Source of the DNA: Cellvibrionaceae bacterium
Lineage (GTDB): Bacteria; Pseudomonadota; Gammaproteobacteria; Pseudomonadales; Cellvibrionaceae
DNA length: 64,000 nt
Direction: 5' to 3'
Assembly: GCA_047633635.1 (NCBI GenBank)
Contig: JBLIFG010000003.1
Coordinates: 31,273 to 95,272, forward strand
Part shown: piece after piece, positions 8,730-17,698 of the stretch
Layout: each line of letters starts with the position of its first letter
Position numbering within the stretch: the first letter of the stretch is position 1
Position numbers and translations under genes: made by a program
Notes under the pieces: model-generated
Seen by the model: only the letters and a program-made list of their open reading frames with translations
What the model was told of the DNA's origin: nothing
Databases searched by the model: none

Positions 8730-9752
8730 CTAGACCACAGAAAAATAGTTAACGCTGAACAAATTATCATCGTCTGTCCATACCTTATCTAGAAGAAACC
8801 CTGCTCTTTTAGCAAGCTCCGAGAAGCTATCAACGGTATATTTATAAGAGTTTTCTGTATGAATTGTCTCACCTTGTTCAAATAAGAACTCATTATCGGC
8901 AATGTGAACCAACTGCTGATCATCACTCACCAGATGCATTTCTATTCGACTTTTATCGCGATTAAAAATAGCGCGATGATTAAATGAACTCGAGTATATA
9001 TTGGCATCTAACTCTCTATCGATACGATGCAACAAGTTGGTATTAAACGCCGCTGTAATACCATCGGCATCATCATAGGCTGCCTCTAAAATAGCGCTGT
9101 CTTTGACTAGATCAACGCCAATCAACAGTCCATCTCCCGATTGTAAGTTATCAGCAAATTGTTTTAAAAAATTCACAGCATCTTCGGGATCAAAATTACC
9201 GATCGTCGAGCCCGGAAAAAAGATAACTCGCTTATTAACAGAGGGTTTAGCTGGAAGTGAAGAAAATATATTATGTATTTGTTGTGTGTTTAAAAAGTCG
9301 ATAACAATTGGACTAACACTAATCGCCGGAAATCGCTCAGACAGAATTTTACTTGAAAACTGGAGAATTTCTTCCGAAATATCCATTGGAACAAAACCCG
9401 CAGGAGCATTTAATTTATCGAGTAATAATCCAACTTTTTTAACCGACCCGGCACCTGGCTCTAACAATAATACTTTATCTCCCATCAAAGCTGACATTTC
9501 TTCGGCATACCTTTCGTAGATATGACACTCTGTACGAGTCACGTAATATTCTGGCGTATCACATATAGCTTCAAATAATTGCGAGCCTTTTGCATCGTAA
9601 AAATATTTACATGGTAATGTTTTTTGTGGCTTAGATAGGCCGCTAACGACCTCGGCTAAAAACTCTTGGTTCAATAGCTTTTCTTTTTTTTGTCTCTCAT
9701 TCACGCTTTCGTCAATGTCGTCTTCAACTACAGCTTGCTCTACTGTCAACAT
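8730..9752 (-). CDS. egtD: L-histidine N-alpha-methyltransferase (ergothioneine biosynthesis EgtD)
   Basis: Diagnostic LPCKYFYDAKGSQLFEAICDTPEYYVTRTE block and the SAM-binding LLEPGAGS. It lies directly downstream of egtB. Confidence 0.85.
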   Translation of the reverse strand: MLTVEQAVVEDDIDESVNERQKKEKLLNQEFLAEVVSGLSKPQKTLPCKYFYDAKGSQLFEAICDTPEYYVTRTECHIYERYAEEMSALMGDKVLLLEPGAGSVKKVGLLLDKLNAPAGFVPMDISEEILQFSSKILSERFPAISVSPIVIDFLNTQQIHNIFSSLPAKPSVNKRVIFFPGSTIGNFDPEDAVNFLKQFADNLQSGDGLLIGVDLVKDSAILEAAYDDADGITAAFNTNLLHRIDRELDANIYSSSFNHRAIFNRDKSRIEMHLVSDDQQLVHIADNEFLFEQGETIHTENSYKYTVDSFSELAKRAGFLLDKVWTDDDNLFSVNYFSVV

Positions 9753-9819
9753 ACTAATTCCTGTTTATATCGGTGATTATTGATAACGAATAGAGATATC
9801 TCTATTCTTAAGCTTACGG

Positions 9820-11139
9820 TTATCTAGCAAGACGGATACCGGTAAATTGCCACTGCTGGTGCGCATAAAAAAAGTTTCGATATGTTTCCCGTGTATGGCC
9901 AACTGGTGTAACACAAGAGCCACCTCGCAAAATATTTTGGTTTGACATGAATTTGCCGTTGTACTCACCGGCTCTTCCACTGAAAGGCGAAAACCCTGGG
10001 TAAGCGCCGTAACCACTTGTCGTCCACTGCCAAACATTATCAAATGCTTGCAGAAATATGCTGGAAGACTTGTTATCTTCAGACATTGCATTAACGGTTG
10101 CTGCCGATGGATGTAATTTAATATTGCTCATATTAGCTGATACATATGGCTTTGCATTCATTTGCCTAGCTGCCACTTCCCATTCAAATTCAGTGGGTAG
10201 CCGAACTCCTAACCAATTTGCATAGGCGCTAGCTTCATAATAATTGACATGCGTCACAGCTTGATGACTATTTAACGGCAATAGGCCGAAAAGTGTAAAT
10301 TCAAACCATTGCTCTTGTTGTTTTACCCAGTATAGTGGTTGTGGTTTGTGCTTTTGCGCGAGTTGTTGTTGAAGCCATGTCCAACCATCAGCTAACCAGA
10401 ACTCGGGATTCTGATAACCCCCACTAGCAATAAACTCTGCATATTCCCCATTGGTAACGAGGCGAGAGGCAATAGCAAAATCATGGATATAGGTACTGTG
10501 TGCGGGCCTTTCATTATCGAAACTAAATTGCTTATTATTATGGCCCACCGATGCTAAACCACTAGAAACTGGCAGCCACTTCAAGGCAACGGCTTCCGTT
10601 TCCACAAACTCAGCTGGCAGACGCTTGTAGGCGGGATATAGAGGGTTATAAAAAAAAGCATGTTTGATATCGGTTAATAATAACTCTTGATGTTGCTGCT
10701 CGTGATTGAGGCCTAACACTAACAGGCCTGACAATTCACTGATTGATTCCACATCAGTATTTTCAAGGTTATCAAACAATAGTTGTATCGCCTCGTCGAC
10801 AAACGTTCGATACGACAAAATATCGCTTAGAGATGGGCGGCTGATTAAACCTCTTTGAGCCCGTGGATACTGCTCGCCAATACCATTGTAATAAGAATTA
10901 TATAAATAATTGTAGGCTTCACTGAAACGTGAATAACCTTTTAAGTAGGGGCACAGAATGAAGGTTTCATAAAACCATGTCGTATGTGCTAGATGCCATT
11001 TTGCAGGACTAGCATCCGGCATCGACTGAAGTTGCGCATCAGTTGCTGATAGCGAAATTATCAAATGTAATGACTGAGCGCGTATTTTTAAATATCGATC
11101 AACAATGCTTTCTGTTGCATCAATAACGAGTGATTCCAT
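9820..11139 (-). CDS. egtB: Hercynine sulfoxide synthase (EgtB; DinB_2 plus FGE-sulfatase-like domains)
   Basis: WHLAHTTWFYETF and HEQQHQE (iron-binding His motifs). The C-terminus reads RGGSCVTP...YRNFFYAHQQWQFTGIRLA. Confidence 0.85.
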   Translation of the reverse strand: MESLVIDATESIVDRYLKIRAQSLHLIISLSATDAQLQSMPDASPAKWHLAHTTWFYETFILCPYLKGYSRFSEAYNYLYNSYYNGIGEQYPRAQRGLISRPSLSDILSYRTFVDEAIQLLFDNLENTDVESISELSGLLVLGLNHEQQHQELLLTDIKHAFFYNPLYPAYKRLPAEFVETEAVALKWLPVSSGLASVGHNNKQFSFDNERPAHSTYIHDFAIASRLVTNGEYAEFIASGGYQNPEFWLADGWTWLQQQLAQKHKPQPLYWVKQQEQWFEFTLFGLLPLNSHQAVTHVNYYEASAYANWLGVRLPTEFEWEVAARQMNAKPYVSANMSNIKLHPSAATVNAMSEDNKSSSIFLQAFDNVWQWTTSGYGAYPGFSPFSGRAGEYNGKFMSNQNILRGGSCVTPVGHTRETYRNFFYAHQQWQFTGIRLAR

Positions 11140-11217
11140 AGTGAGAGGCTCTTACTTTTATAAAACGAGGGTTATGCTTGTAACTAACATGTCTTTTTAT
11201 GGTGATGATCTAAATTA

Positions 11218-11583
11218 TTATATGATTGAGTTTTCGCCCTTGTGCTTCATTTGCTCTTTTAATGCAATTTCAGAATCATAGTCGGGATGCTTTAAGATTT
11301 CATCGATATAGCGCTGAATATAGACTCGACCTCTGTAGGTGAAAACTCCAATATATATCATCGCCAACAGCGTGAATAAAACAATGGCTGGTTGTCCGAA
11401 GATTAAGGCTAAGGTACTGCCAAATATAAGCACGAAAAGCACTTGTATTTTAGCATTAGACAGTAATTTAGCTTTACACTTGAGCGCCTCATCTTCTGAG
11501 TGTATACCTGTATTTTGAAATGTTTGGCATAACATATAAAAATCTAATTTCTTTTTTTGTTCTAGCTTATCCAGCTTAATCAT
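11218..11583 (-). CDS. Hypothetical small membrane protein (two predicted TM helices)
   Basis: The ORF has two hydrophobic stretches (VLFVLIFGSTLALIFG, AIVLFTLLAMIYIGVF). I recognise no family. Confidence 0.45.
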   Translation of the reverse strand: MIKLDKLEQKKKLDFYMLCQTFQNTGIHSEDEALKCKAKLLSNAKIQVLFVLIFGSTLALIFGQPAIVLFTLLAMIYIGVFTYRGRVYIQRYIDEILKHPDYDSEIALKEQMKHKGENSII

Positions 11584-12756
11584 TATGGCTAATACCTATA
11601 TCTCTGACGAGATTATTGTTTAGACGGCCGAATCACACTACAACTGCCGTAAATATAATTAATCATTCACTGTTTTTTCATCAAACACAATCTTAATTAT
11701 CTATACCAACAATAGTTATTTTTAAAAAAAAAGAAAAAATTAATAGAAACAAAGACTTAAAGCTATTGTTTGCCATTAATTGCTCGTCCTCGCAAGCAAA
11801 TAAACTAGCATCAGATAGCCTTAGCTTTATAGTCAAGAGAAGCGCTTTAGAAATCCCTGAAATTTATGCATGCCCCTTAAGAGCTTACCTGATAGCTTTT
11901 GATATCAATCGGTTAAGCAATTTCAATAGAGGTTTTAGCACTACTAGCACTAAAAAATAAAACTTCTTTATAAAACAACCATATCGAAAAAATATTTAAA
12001 ACCATTAACCATTGAGAACACTATTGATCTTGTACGTTATCTAAACCTATATGGACATTAAGATTTTGTATTTTAAGACTTTAGCACTTAATTTTCTAAT
12101 GAAATCACCCCCTGCATTTTTGACAAGTCTATTTAATTGAGTCGTAATTTGGTTAATGCTAGCTTAAATTGACACTAAATAGAGGACACTGCTAGAGAAA
12201 TATGATCTACCTTAAGCATTGGCAATATAGCTGAACTATTACCGAGAAATATTTGTTTAGGATCCGGCCTATTAATAAGCACTCTTAATAAACACTCTCA
12301 ATCCCGCCAACCCAATGCCTAAGTAGTGCATAACAGAGACAATAAAACCTCACATCGCGCAAACCCTTTATTTTGAAACATATTAACAACATTACTAGAA
12401 TTGAGTCAGTCATTACTATTATTTTAAAACCTAGAGCTAGTAGATAATTAATTATTGGTCTCAGATCTTATCTGCCAATCATGCGGACAGTTTAGAGCAA
12501 ACTATCACTACCCATACAAAAATCAGCTTAGAGACTAATAAAACAGCGTCTTTATTGGTTAAACTTATTTACTAATGCCTGCTATGTTAGTAAACCCTTA
12601 AGGCATCCTAAAAAATATCTATATCTACAATAAAATGTAATGCACACACGATATAGATTGATGTGTCGTGTTGCTGTATCGACTCATTGAGAATCAACAA
12701 TGTTCAGTTACGTTTCAGTAGTTATATTATCACTTTTAGTTAAATTTTAGCTTTTA

Positions 12757-13809
12757 TTAAAACAAATCTAACTGCTCGAGGGATTCTTCGGTCACGTCTC
12801 TAAAACGCACACCTATACCGAGGAGACGCACCGGCTGTTGATACCTTAACCATACTTCTTTGAGTAGCTGCTCACACAGGTTTAGGCTTAACTCTACATT
12901 GCTACTCTCGATGGTTGTTTTTGTAAAATCAGCTAGCTTCAACTTAATAAAGCACTTACTTATCTTCTGTTTACTGTTGAGTGCATCTAAGCGTTGATGT
13001 AGGCGATCAAATAATGTTGCTAGTAATGGGTAGCATTTATCTAGGCTTGGTATATCGTTATTAGTGGTATGTTCGACACTTAATGATTTTCTAAACTCCC
13101 GCATTTTAACTTGACGATCGTCGTCTCCTCGACTTAACTGATAGAGGCGCTTGCCAAACACACCAAATTCATAGATTAAATCGGATTCTGAAAGCTGCTG
13201 AAGATCATTGCAGTTAAAAACATTTTTATTGTGTAGCTTACGTAGTGAACACGGACCCACACCAGGAAGACAATCGACAGGTAAGCGCTTAAGAAAAAAA
13301 GCCATTCTATTTGGCTCAACGACAGTTAAACCATTTGGTTTTTGCCAATCACTGGCTACTTTTGCTAAAAACTTATTTACCGCTACCCCTGCAGATACAG
13401 TAATGCCTACTTCTTTTTTAATTCTCCGTCTAATATCCTTGGCGATAAGTGTCGCACTGCCCAGGCAATGATGTGAAGCTGTAACATCAATATAAGCCTC
13501 ATCGAGCGAGACTGGCTCTATATTATCGGAATAGTCCAAAAACACACGACGCATTTTTATGGCTGCCTCTCGATATTTTTCCATGCAATGGGGTAAGATA
13601 ATAAGTTGTGGACATAAACGTTTGGCATGTGCCGAGGCCATAGCAGAATGCACACCAAAGGCGCGTGCCTCGTAACTACAAGTAGAGATAACACCTCGTC
13701 TTGAAGGGTCACCTCCAACTGCAACAGGTAAACCTTTTAAATCGGGAGAGTCTCTAATTTCTAATGCAACAAAAAAACAATCTGCATCACAGTGAATAAT
13801 TTTTCTCAT
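12757..13809 (-). CDS. dinB: DNA polymerase IV
   Basis: MRKIIHCDADCFFVALE...SLDEAYIDVT is a Y-family catalytic motif set. A LexA box lies upstream. Confidence 0.95.
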   Translation of the reverse strand: MRKIIHCDADCFFVALEIRDSPDLKGLPVAVGGDPSRRGVISTCSYEARAFGVHSAMASAHAKRLCPQLIILPHCMEKYREAAIKMRRVFLDYSDNIEPVSLDEAYIDVTASHHCLGSATLIAKDIRRRIKKEVGITVSAGVAVNKFLAKVASDWQKPNGLTVVEPNRMAFFLKRLPVDCLPGVGPCSLRKLHNKNVFNCNDLQQLSESDLIYEFGVFGKRLYQLSRGDDDRQVKMREFRKSLSVEHTTNNDIPSLDKCYPLLATLFDRLHQRLDALNSKQKISKCFIKLKLADFTKTTIESSNVELSLNLCEQLLKEVWLRYQQPVRLLGIGVRFRDVTEESLEQLDLF

Positions 13810-13870
13810 TATTATCTACTTTATAATTGTCTATTGAATGACTACACAAACTCAATGAGCCGGACACTAA

Positions 13871-13890
13871 TACTGTATATAAAAACAGTA
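13871..13890. promoter_or_regulatory. LexA (SOS) box
   Basis: TACTGTATATAAAAACAGTA is a perfect CTGT-N8-ACAG palindrome. It is 62 nt upstream of the dinB start and 137 nt upstream of the divergent ORF at 14027. Confidence 0.85.
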
Positions 13891-14026
13891 TACTATTTTT
13901 TACTGCAAAAAAGAAAGAAACAAAAACAAATAGCAACAACTCAATAACAAAATAAGCGTAGTATATTCGACGCCCCAACAAATTTTATTATCGCCAAATT
14001 ATCTATTAAATAAATACGAGGGAAAA

Positions 14027-14434
14027 ATGAATACAGAAATGTGGGATCCGAATGCAAACACATCATCTAATAACTACCGACTCGATAACGATTTTCTTAA
14101 AAGAATTATTAATATGTCTGAAATTGATGATTCAAGTCATTTCAAAAGTTTACTGACAGAAAATGAGATAAAAAAACATCGCGATATAATGTTTTTAACA
14201 AAGGAAGTGTGGTTTGAAGCCTTAGAAAACTTTAATGATGTAGAGTTAATTGCATTAATTCATTTTTTTACGCTTGCAGAAGTGCATTTTAATAATTGGC
14301 ATGCAGAAGATAAATCACCCGTTATTTCGATAGCAAAACTACTGCGCAAACGGAAACATTCACTTGGTAAAAAATTATTAATTTGGATTAAAAACAACAA
14401 CAAAAATAAATTCTTACCTTTTGGGCCTCTTTAA
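14027..14434 (+). CDS. Hypothetical protein (135 aa), divergent from dinB
   Basis: Intact ORF with an ATG preceded by GAGGGA. I recognise no family. Confidence 0.5.
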   Translation: MNTEMWDPNANTSSNNYRLDNDFLKRIINMSEIDDSSHFKSLLTENEIKKHRDIMFLTKEVWFEALENFNDVELIALIHFFTLAEVHFNNWHAEDKSPVISIAKLLRKRKHSLGKKLLIWIKNNNKNKFLPFGPL

Positions 14435-14584
14435 GTATAAAAAATCAATTTATTTAGTAAAAAAACACTTTTTTTGCTAAATAAAAGTTACACTTTATTT
14501 ATTATTTTATTATTAACTGTATAATTACCTTCCAATTAATACAGCATTATAATTTTATTATTTACTACTCGAAAGGAACATAAA

Positions 14585-15391
14585 ATGGCCGTACGTAAAA
14601 AGACATCGGTTAATCCGGTACAAAAATTAGAAGCAGAAATTGCTAAACTCAAAAAAGACTTAGGTAAAGCTCGAATACAAGAAATTGCCTCTCTTAAAAA
14701 ACAAATCATCGCAGCATCTAAAACTGTAACAACTGCCGCCGTTAAAGTTAAATCTGCGAGTGTTAAAGTTGCGGCTCTTCGCAAGAAGAAAAAAACAGCT
14801 GCAACAGTAAAACAGTTAGTGGCAGCAACTAAAGCTGTTGCAGACACTAAGTCTGCTGCTGCTTCAGCAAAAGCCGCGTCAGCTGTAGCCAAAACCGCAC
14901 TTGCACAAGCAGTTGCCGACAACAAACAGGAAGTTACTATAGAAAAGTCAGTTGCTTCAGCTGAAGCTGCATTGACTAAAAAACAAGATATGGCAGACAA
15001 AAAAGCAGCAGCCAGAGCTAAAGTAGCTGGTAAGAAAGCCGCTATTCGTGCTAAAGCAACTGCTAAAAAAGCCGCTATCAAAGCAGCCGATGTAGCTCGC
15101 GCTGCCGCTAAGAAGGCTAAACTAGCCTCCGCAAAAAAAGCTGCTAATGCTAAATTATCTGCAAAAAATAAAGCAGTTAAAGCTACATTAGCCGCAAAAA
15201 AAGCTGTCGCTAAAGAAAAAATGGCTGCAAAGAAAGCAATCGTTAAAACTAAATTGGCAGCTAAAAAAGTAGCTGCTAAAGCAAAGGCACCGGCTAAAAA
15301 GAAAGCGGTTAAAGCACCCGCTAAACAGCAAGCCGTCAAAGCTCCTACTCCTGCTAAAAAAGTAGCTAAGAAAAAGGTAGTTAAAAAGTAG
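14585..15391 (+). CDS. Ala/Lys-rich histone-H1-like / AlgP-like nucleoid-associated protein
   Basis: 268 aa dominated by AKKAA/KAAxK repeats. It has a GGAAC RBS-like sequence before the ATG and a terminator after the stop. The mirror ORF on the other strand is an artefact. Confidence 0.75.
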   Translation: MAVRKKTSVNPVQKLEAEIAKLKKDLGKARIQEIASLKKQIIAASKTVTTAAVKVKSASVKVAALRKKKKTAATVKQLVAATKAVADTKSAAASAKAASAVAKTALAQAVADNKQEVTIEKSVASAEAALTKKQDMADKKAAARAKVAGKKAAIRAKATAKKAAIKAADVARAAAKKAKLASAKKAANAKLSAKNKAVKATLAAKKAVAKEKMAAKKAIVKTKLAAKKVAAKAKAPAKKKAVKAPAKQQAVKAPTPAKKVAKKKVVKK

Positions 15392-15421
15392 TAAGCACTC
15401 ACCGCCAGAGTAGTAATCTTT

Positions 15422-15455
15422 AAAGGGCTCCTATTATTTTGGAGTCCTTTTTTTA
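15422..15455 (+). terminator. Rho-independent terminator after the H1-like gene
   Basis: AAAGGGCTCC tattatttt GGAGTCCTTT stem (one mismatch) followed by TTTTT. Confidence 0.6.
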
Positions 15456-15556
15456 TAAGCAGCAATTACTGTTAATTATGTGAAACTGCGAATTTTATAA
15501 GCTTATCTGTTAAGCACCTTGATTAAGTCTAGGCGCGATAGATAACAATTATTGTG

Positions 15557-15784
15557 TTAACCACTCGTTTCACCCCATGCTTTTGCTCTTGATGAAGCTC
15601 TCAATTGATAATCATTATCAGCCACCAGCTTACATTCAACTTTATAATATAGTGCTTCATTTTTACTAGTCACTGAATCAAAAACTAATCTGTAAATAAT
15701 CACATCATCTTCAATAATAGCCCCAGACAAACTGTCTTTGATGATTTTCGGTGCCTTGAACTCGTTTTTTCGCCGCTTCATCAC
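15557..15784 (-). CDS. Hypothetical protein (75 aa)
   Basis: ORF only. It lies 51 nt downstream of the 127-aa ORF on the same strand. Confidence 0.35.
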   Translation of the reverse strand: MMKRRKNEFKAPKIIKDSLSGAIIEDDVIIYRLVFDSVTSKNEALYYKVECKLVADNDYQLRASSRAKAWGETSG

Positions 15785-15835
15785 ACCAGCTTTCGCTTAT
15801 TGTTTTCTATCCAGCTCTTTTTGAAGTAGTTGCTG

Positions 15836-16219
15836 TTATTCCTGTTCTTTTAGCAAGCGCGCTTGCTCTTCTCGGAGCTCGTAAGGGTCAGTTATTTGCT
15901 GAGTATTGTTGTCAAATTCAATAGAAAACGAATAGCGCTCTATGGTTCTACAGCGAAACGTAAATATTAGGTGCTCGGGCTTCGATCTTCCCTCTAATAA
16001 TTTGCCACTCAGTAAGCGATGACATTTTTCGGTTTCTTTTATAACAATAGCTGCATGTTTAAGCTTTTCAAAATGAGATTCATAAGCTTTTGGTAGCCAT
16101 AAACTAGCATTATCTGGCCAAAACTCATTCGCGCTCAAACGTTGAGCCATAAATAGGCTCGCCGTGAATGCGGACACCATTAATAGAACCATGTAGAAAT
16201 GTATTCGGCAAAAACGCAT
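15836..16219 (-). CDS. Hypothetical exported protein (127 aa)
   Basis: N-terminal hydrophobic signal-like segment FYMVLLMVSAFTASLFMAQ. I recognise no family. Confidence 0.45.
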   Translation of the reverse strand: MRFCRIHFYMVLLMVSAFTASLFMAQRLSANEFWPDNASLWLPKAYESHFEKLKHAAIVIKETEKCHRLLSGKLLEGRSKPEHLIFTFRCRTIERYSFSIEFDNNTQQITDPYELREEQARLLKEQE

Positions 16220-16392
16220 TACTGACCTCTTAACAATTAATCATAAGGCTAAAGTGTAGGAGCTCGTATTAACAACTGCCAATACTGATAGCGCTATTGT
16301 TAGTGTTATGAGTACAAATTACGACTATAACTTAACGAAAGATGTGTTTAAAATGGTTTTAAACTAAATAGAAAGCTAAGGTCTTTAATAGA

Positions 16393-16704
16393 ATGGATAA
16401 ATTTGAAAACATTACAACTATCGATGTAAAAAAGTTAATTAGTGACGGGCCCGTAAGTTTTGCGGACATTCGTGACCTTGATAGCTTCAATGCTAGCCAT
16501 ATAGAAGGCGCAAAACATCTGACTAACGATAACTTACAAGAATTTATACAAGAGTCAGACCCCGACGGCACATTAATTGTTTATTGTTTCCATGGGCATT
16601 CGAGTCAACCTGCTGCGCAATTATTAATTGATAGAGGCTTTGAAAACGTTTATAGCCTAATCGGTGGTTTCGAAAGCTGGATAGATCCCATCAACAATGC
16701 TTAA
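16393..16704 (+). CDS. glpE: Thiosulfate sulfurtransferase (single-domain rhodanese)
   Basis: It aligns by eye along its length with E. coli GlpE (DIRD..SF...H...A.HLTND.L..F). The active-site loop is CFHGHSS. Confidence 0.9.
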   Translation: MDKFENITTIDVKKLISDGPVSFADIRDLDSFNASHIEGAKHLTNDNLQEFIQESDPDGTLIVYCFHGHSSQPAAQLLIDRGFENVYSLIGGFESWIDPINNA

Positions 16705-16754
16705 TGTGATCACTATTACCGCAAAAAATTTCTGCTGAAGTTAACTGGCTCTGC

Positions 16755-17474
16755 TTAAGATTGTAGCGCCAGACTTGGGTCCGGCACCTGTCCGGCAATA
16801 ACTGTCAAATTACCAAAGGTATTTGTCCATTTAAGCAAGACTCTGGCAAAATCTATTGACTGTTCATGTAAAGCTTTTAACTCGGCTTCGCCATTTTTTT
16901 GTCCCTTAAATAATTTGATCTCGCGATGACGATTAGCGAGAGGATGTCCCGCATATTTTGAGCGATACATTTCTAGTTTCCATCGAAATGTATCGACGGT
17001 ATGGCGGTAATAAAGTAACTTTGTCTCTAATGAGACTATCGTGAAGTCTAATATAGATCCAAACATACTAAAGTTGGTACCAAATATAATCGCTTCCCGA
17101 CAGGTTTCATCAACACTCACATCTGCCGTTCGTGAAATAGAGAGCAATATAGATAAATCACCAAATACTTCGCCTGGAGTCACATAATTAATATGTTGGG
17201 TGACACCTTGTTGATCTTGCACCGTTACAACGAGTTGTCCCTTAACTAAAAAATAAGACCAGCTATCTCTTTGACCCTTTTTTAATACGTTTTCGCTAGT
17301 ATCAAACCTAATAATTCGCGAGTAGTGAAGTAAGGTTTGATAATCGGCCTCACTATATTTTCTAACTGATTTATAAAATGGAATGGCTCGAAGCACCCGC
17401 TCTATAGTTTCATCGGCGAGTTTCGATATATCAAGAATTTTCATTGTGTTTCCTTTTGCCGTTATCGAATCCAC
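16755..17474 (-). CDS. Cyclic-nucleotide-binding domain protein with an uncharacterised C-terminal half
   Basis: cNMP-binding beta-barrel motifs (GQRDSWSYFLVKGQL...GEVFGDLSIL...RTADV). The likely start is the ATG at 17444. Confidence 0.7.
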   Translation of the reverse strand: MDSITAKGNTMKILDISKLADETIERVLRAIPFYKSVRKYSEADYQTLLHYSRIIRFDTSENVLKKGQRDSWSYFLVKGQLVVTVQDQQGVTQHINYVTPGEVFGDLSILLSISRTADVSVDETCREAIIFGTNFSMFGSILDFTIVSLETKLLYYRHTVDTFRWKLEMYRSKYAGHPLANRHREIKLFKGQKNGEAELKALHEQSIDFARVLLKWTNTFGNLTVIAGQVPDPSLALQS

Positions 17475-17698
17475 TTTAAAATTTTTATTCTTATAGTATT
17501 ATTCAGACATGCAATTTTGTCTAGCGAGTCAGTTTGATTTTTGGATATTTCTTCTAATAATATTAAGCGTCGTGACCGATTATACTTTATTCATTATGTG
17601 GTAATTCTCTTGAAGGTCTATCAATCATTACTAAAGCGCAGTGATTACGAGCTATGATTGAGAGCTATACCGCTGCATTGTTAACCTTGCTTCAAGTC

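Noticed and set aside
9103-9519. Antisense ORFs embedded in well-supported genes: 9103-9519, 4604-4900, 31079-31426, 36395-36862, 42150-42533, 48724-49056 and 53566-53895.
   Set aside because: Each lies entirely inside a longer ORF with clear family motifs on the opposite strand and has an odd composition with no recognisable motifs. I treat them as chance frames.
9777-10091. A 104-aa ORF overlapping the 3' end of egtB on the same strand.
   Set aside because: It is an alternative frame of egtB with no independent signals. The egtB frame carries the conserved C-terminal motifs.
11766-11960. A 64-aa TTG-initiated ORF in the long AT-rich gap.
   Set aside because: It has no RBS, a non-ATG start and no recognisable composition, so it is most likely a chance ORF in AT-rich DNA.
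14536-15465. A 309-aa ORF on the minus strand across the H1-like gene.
   Set aside because: It is the mirror translation of the GCT/AAA-rich repeat DNA and gives a Leu/Ala/Phe low-complexity product. It has no RBS and fully overlaps the better-supported plus-strand gene, which has its own RBS and terminator.
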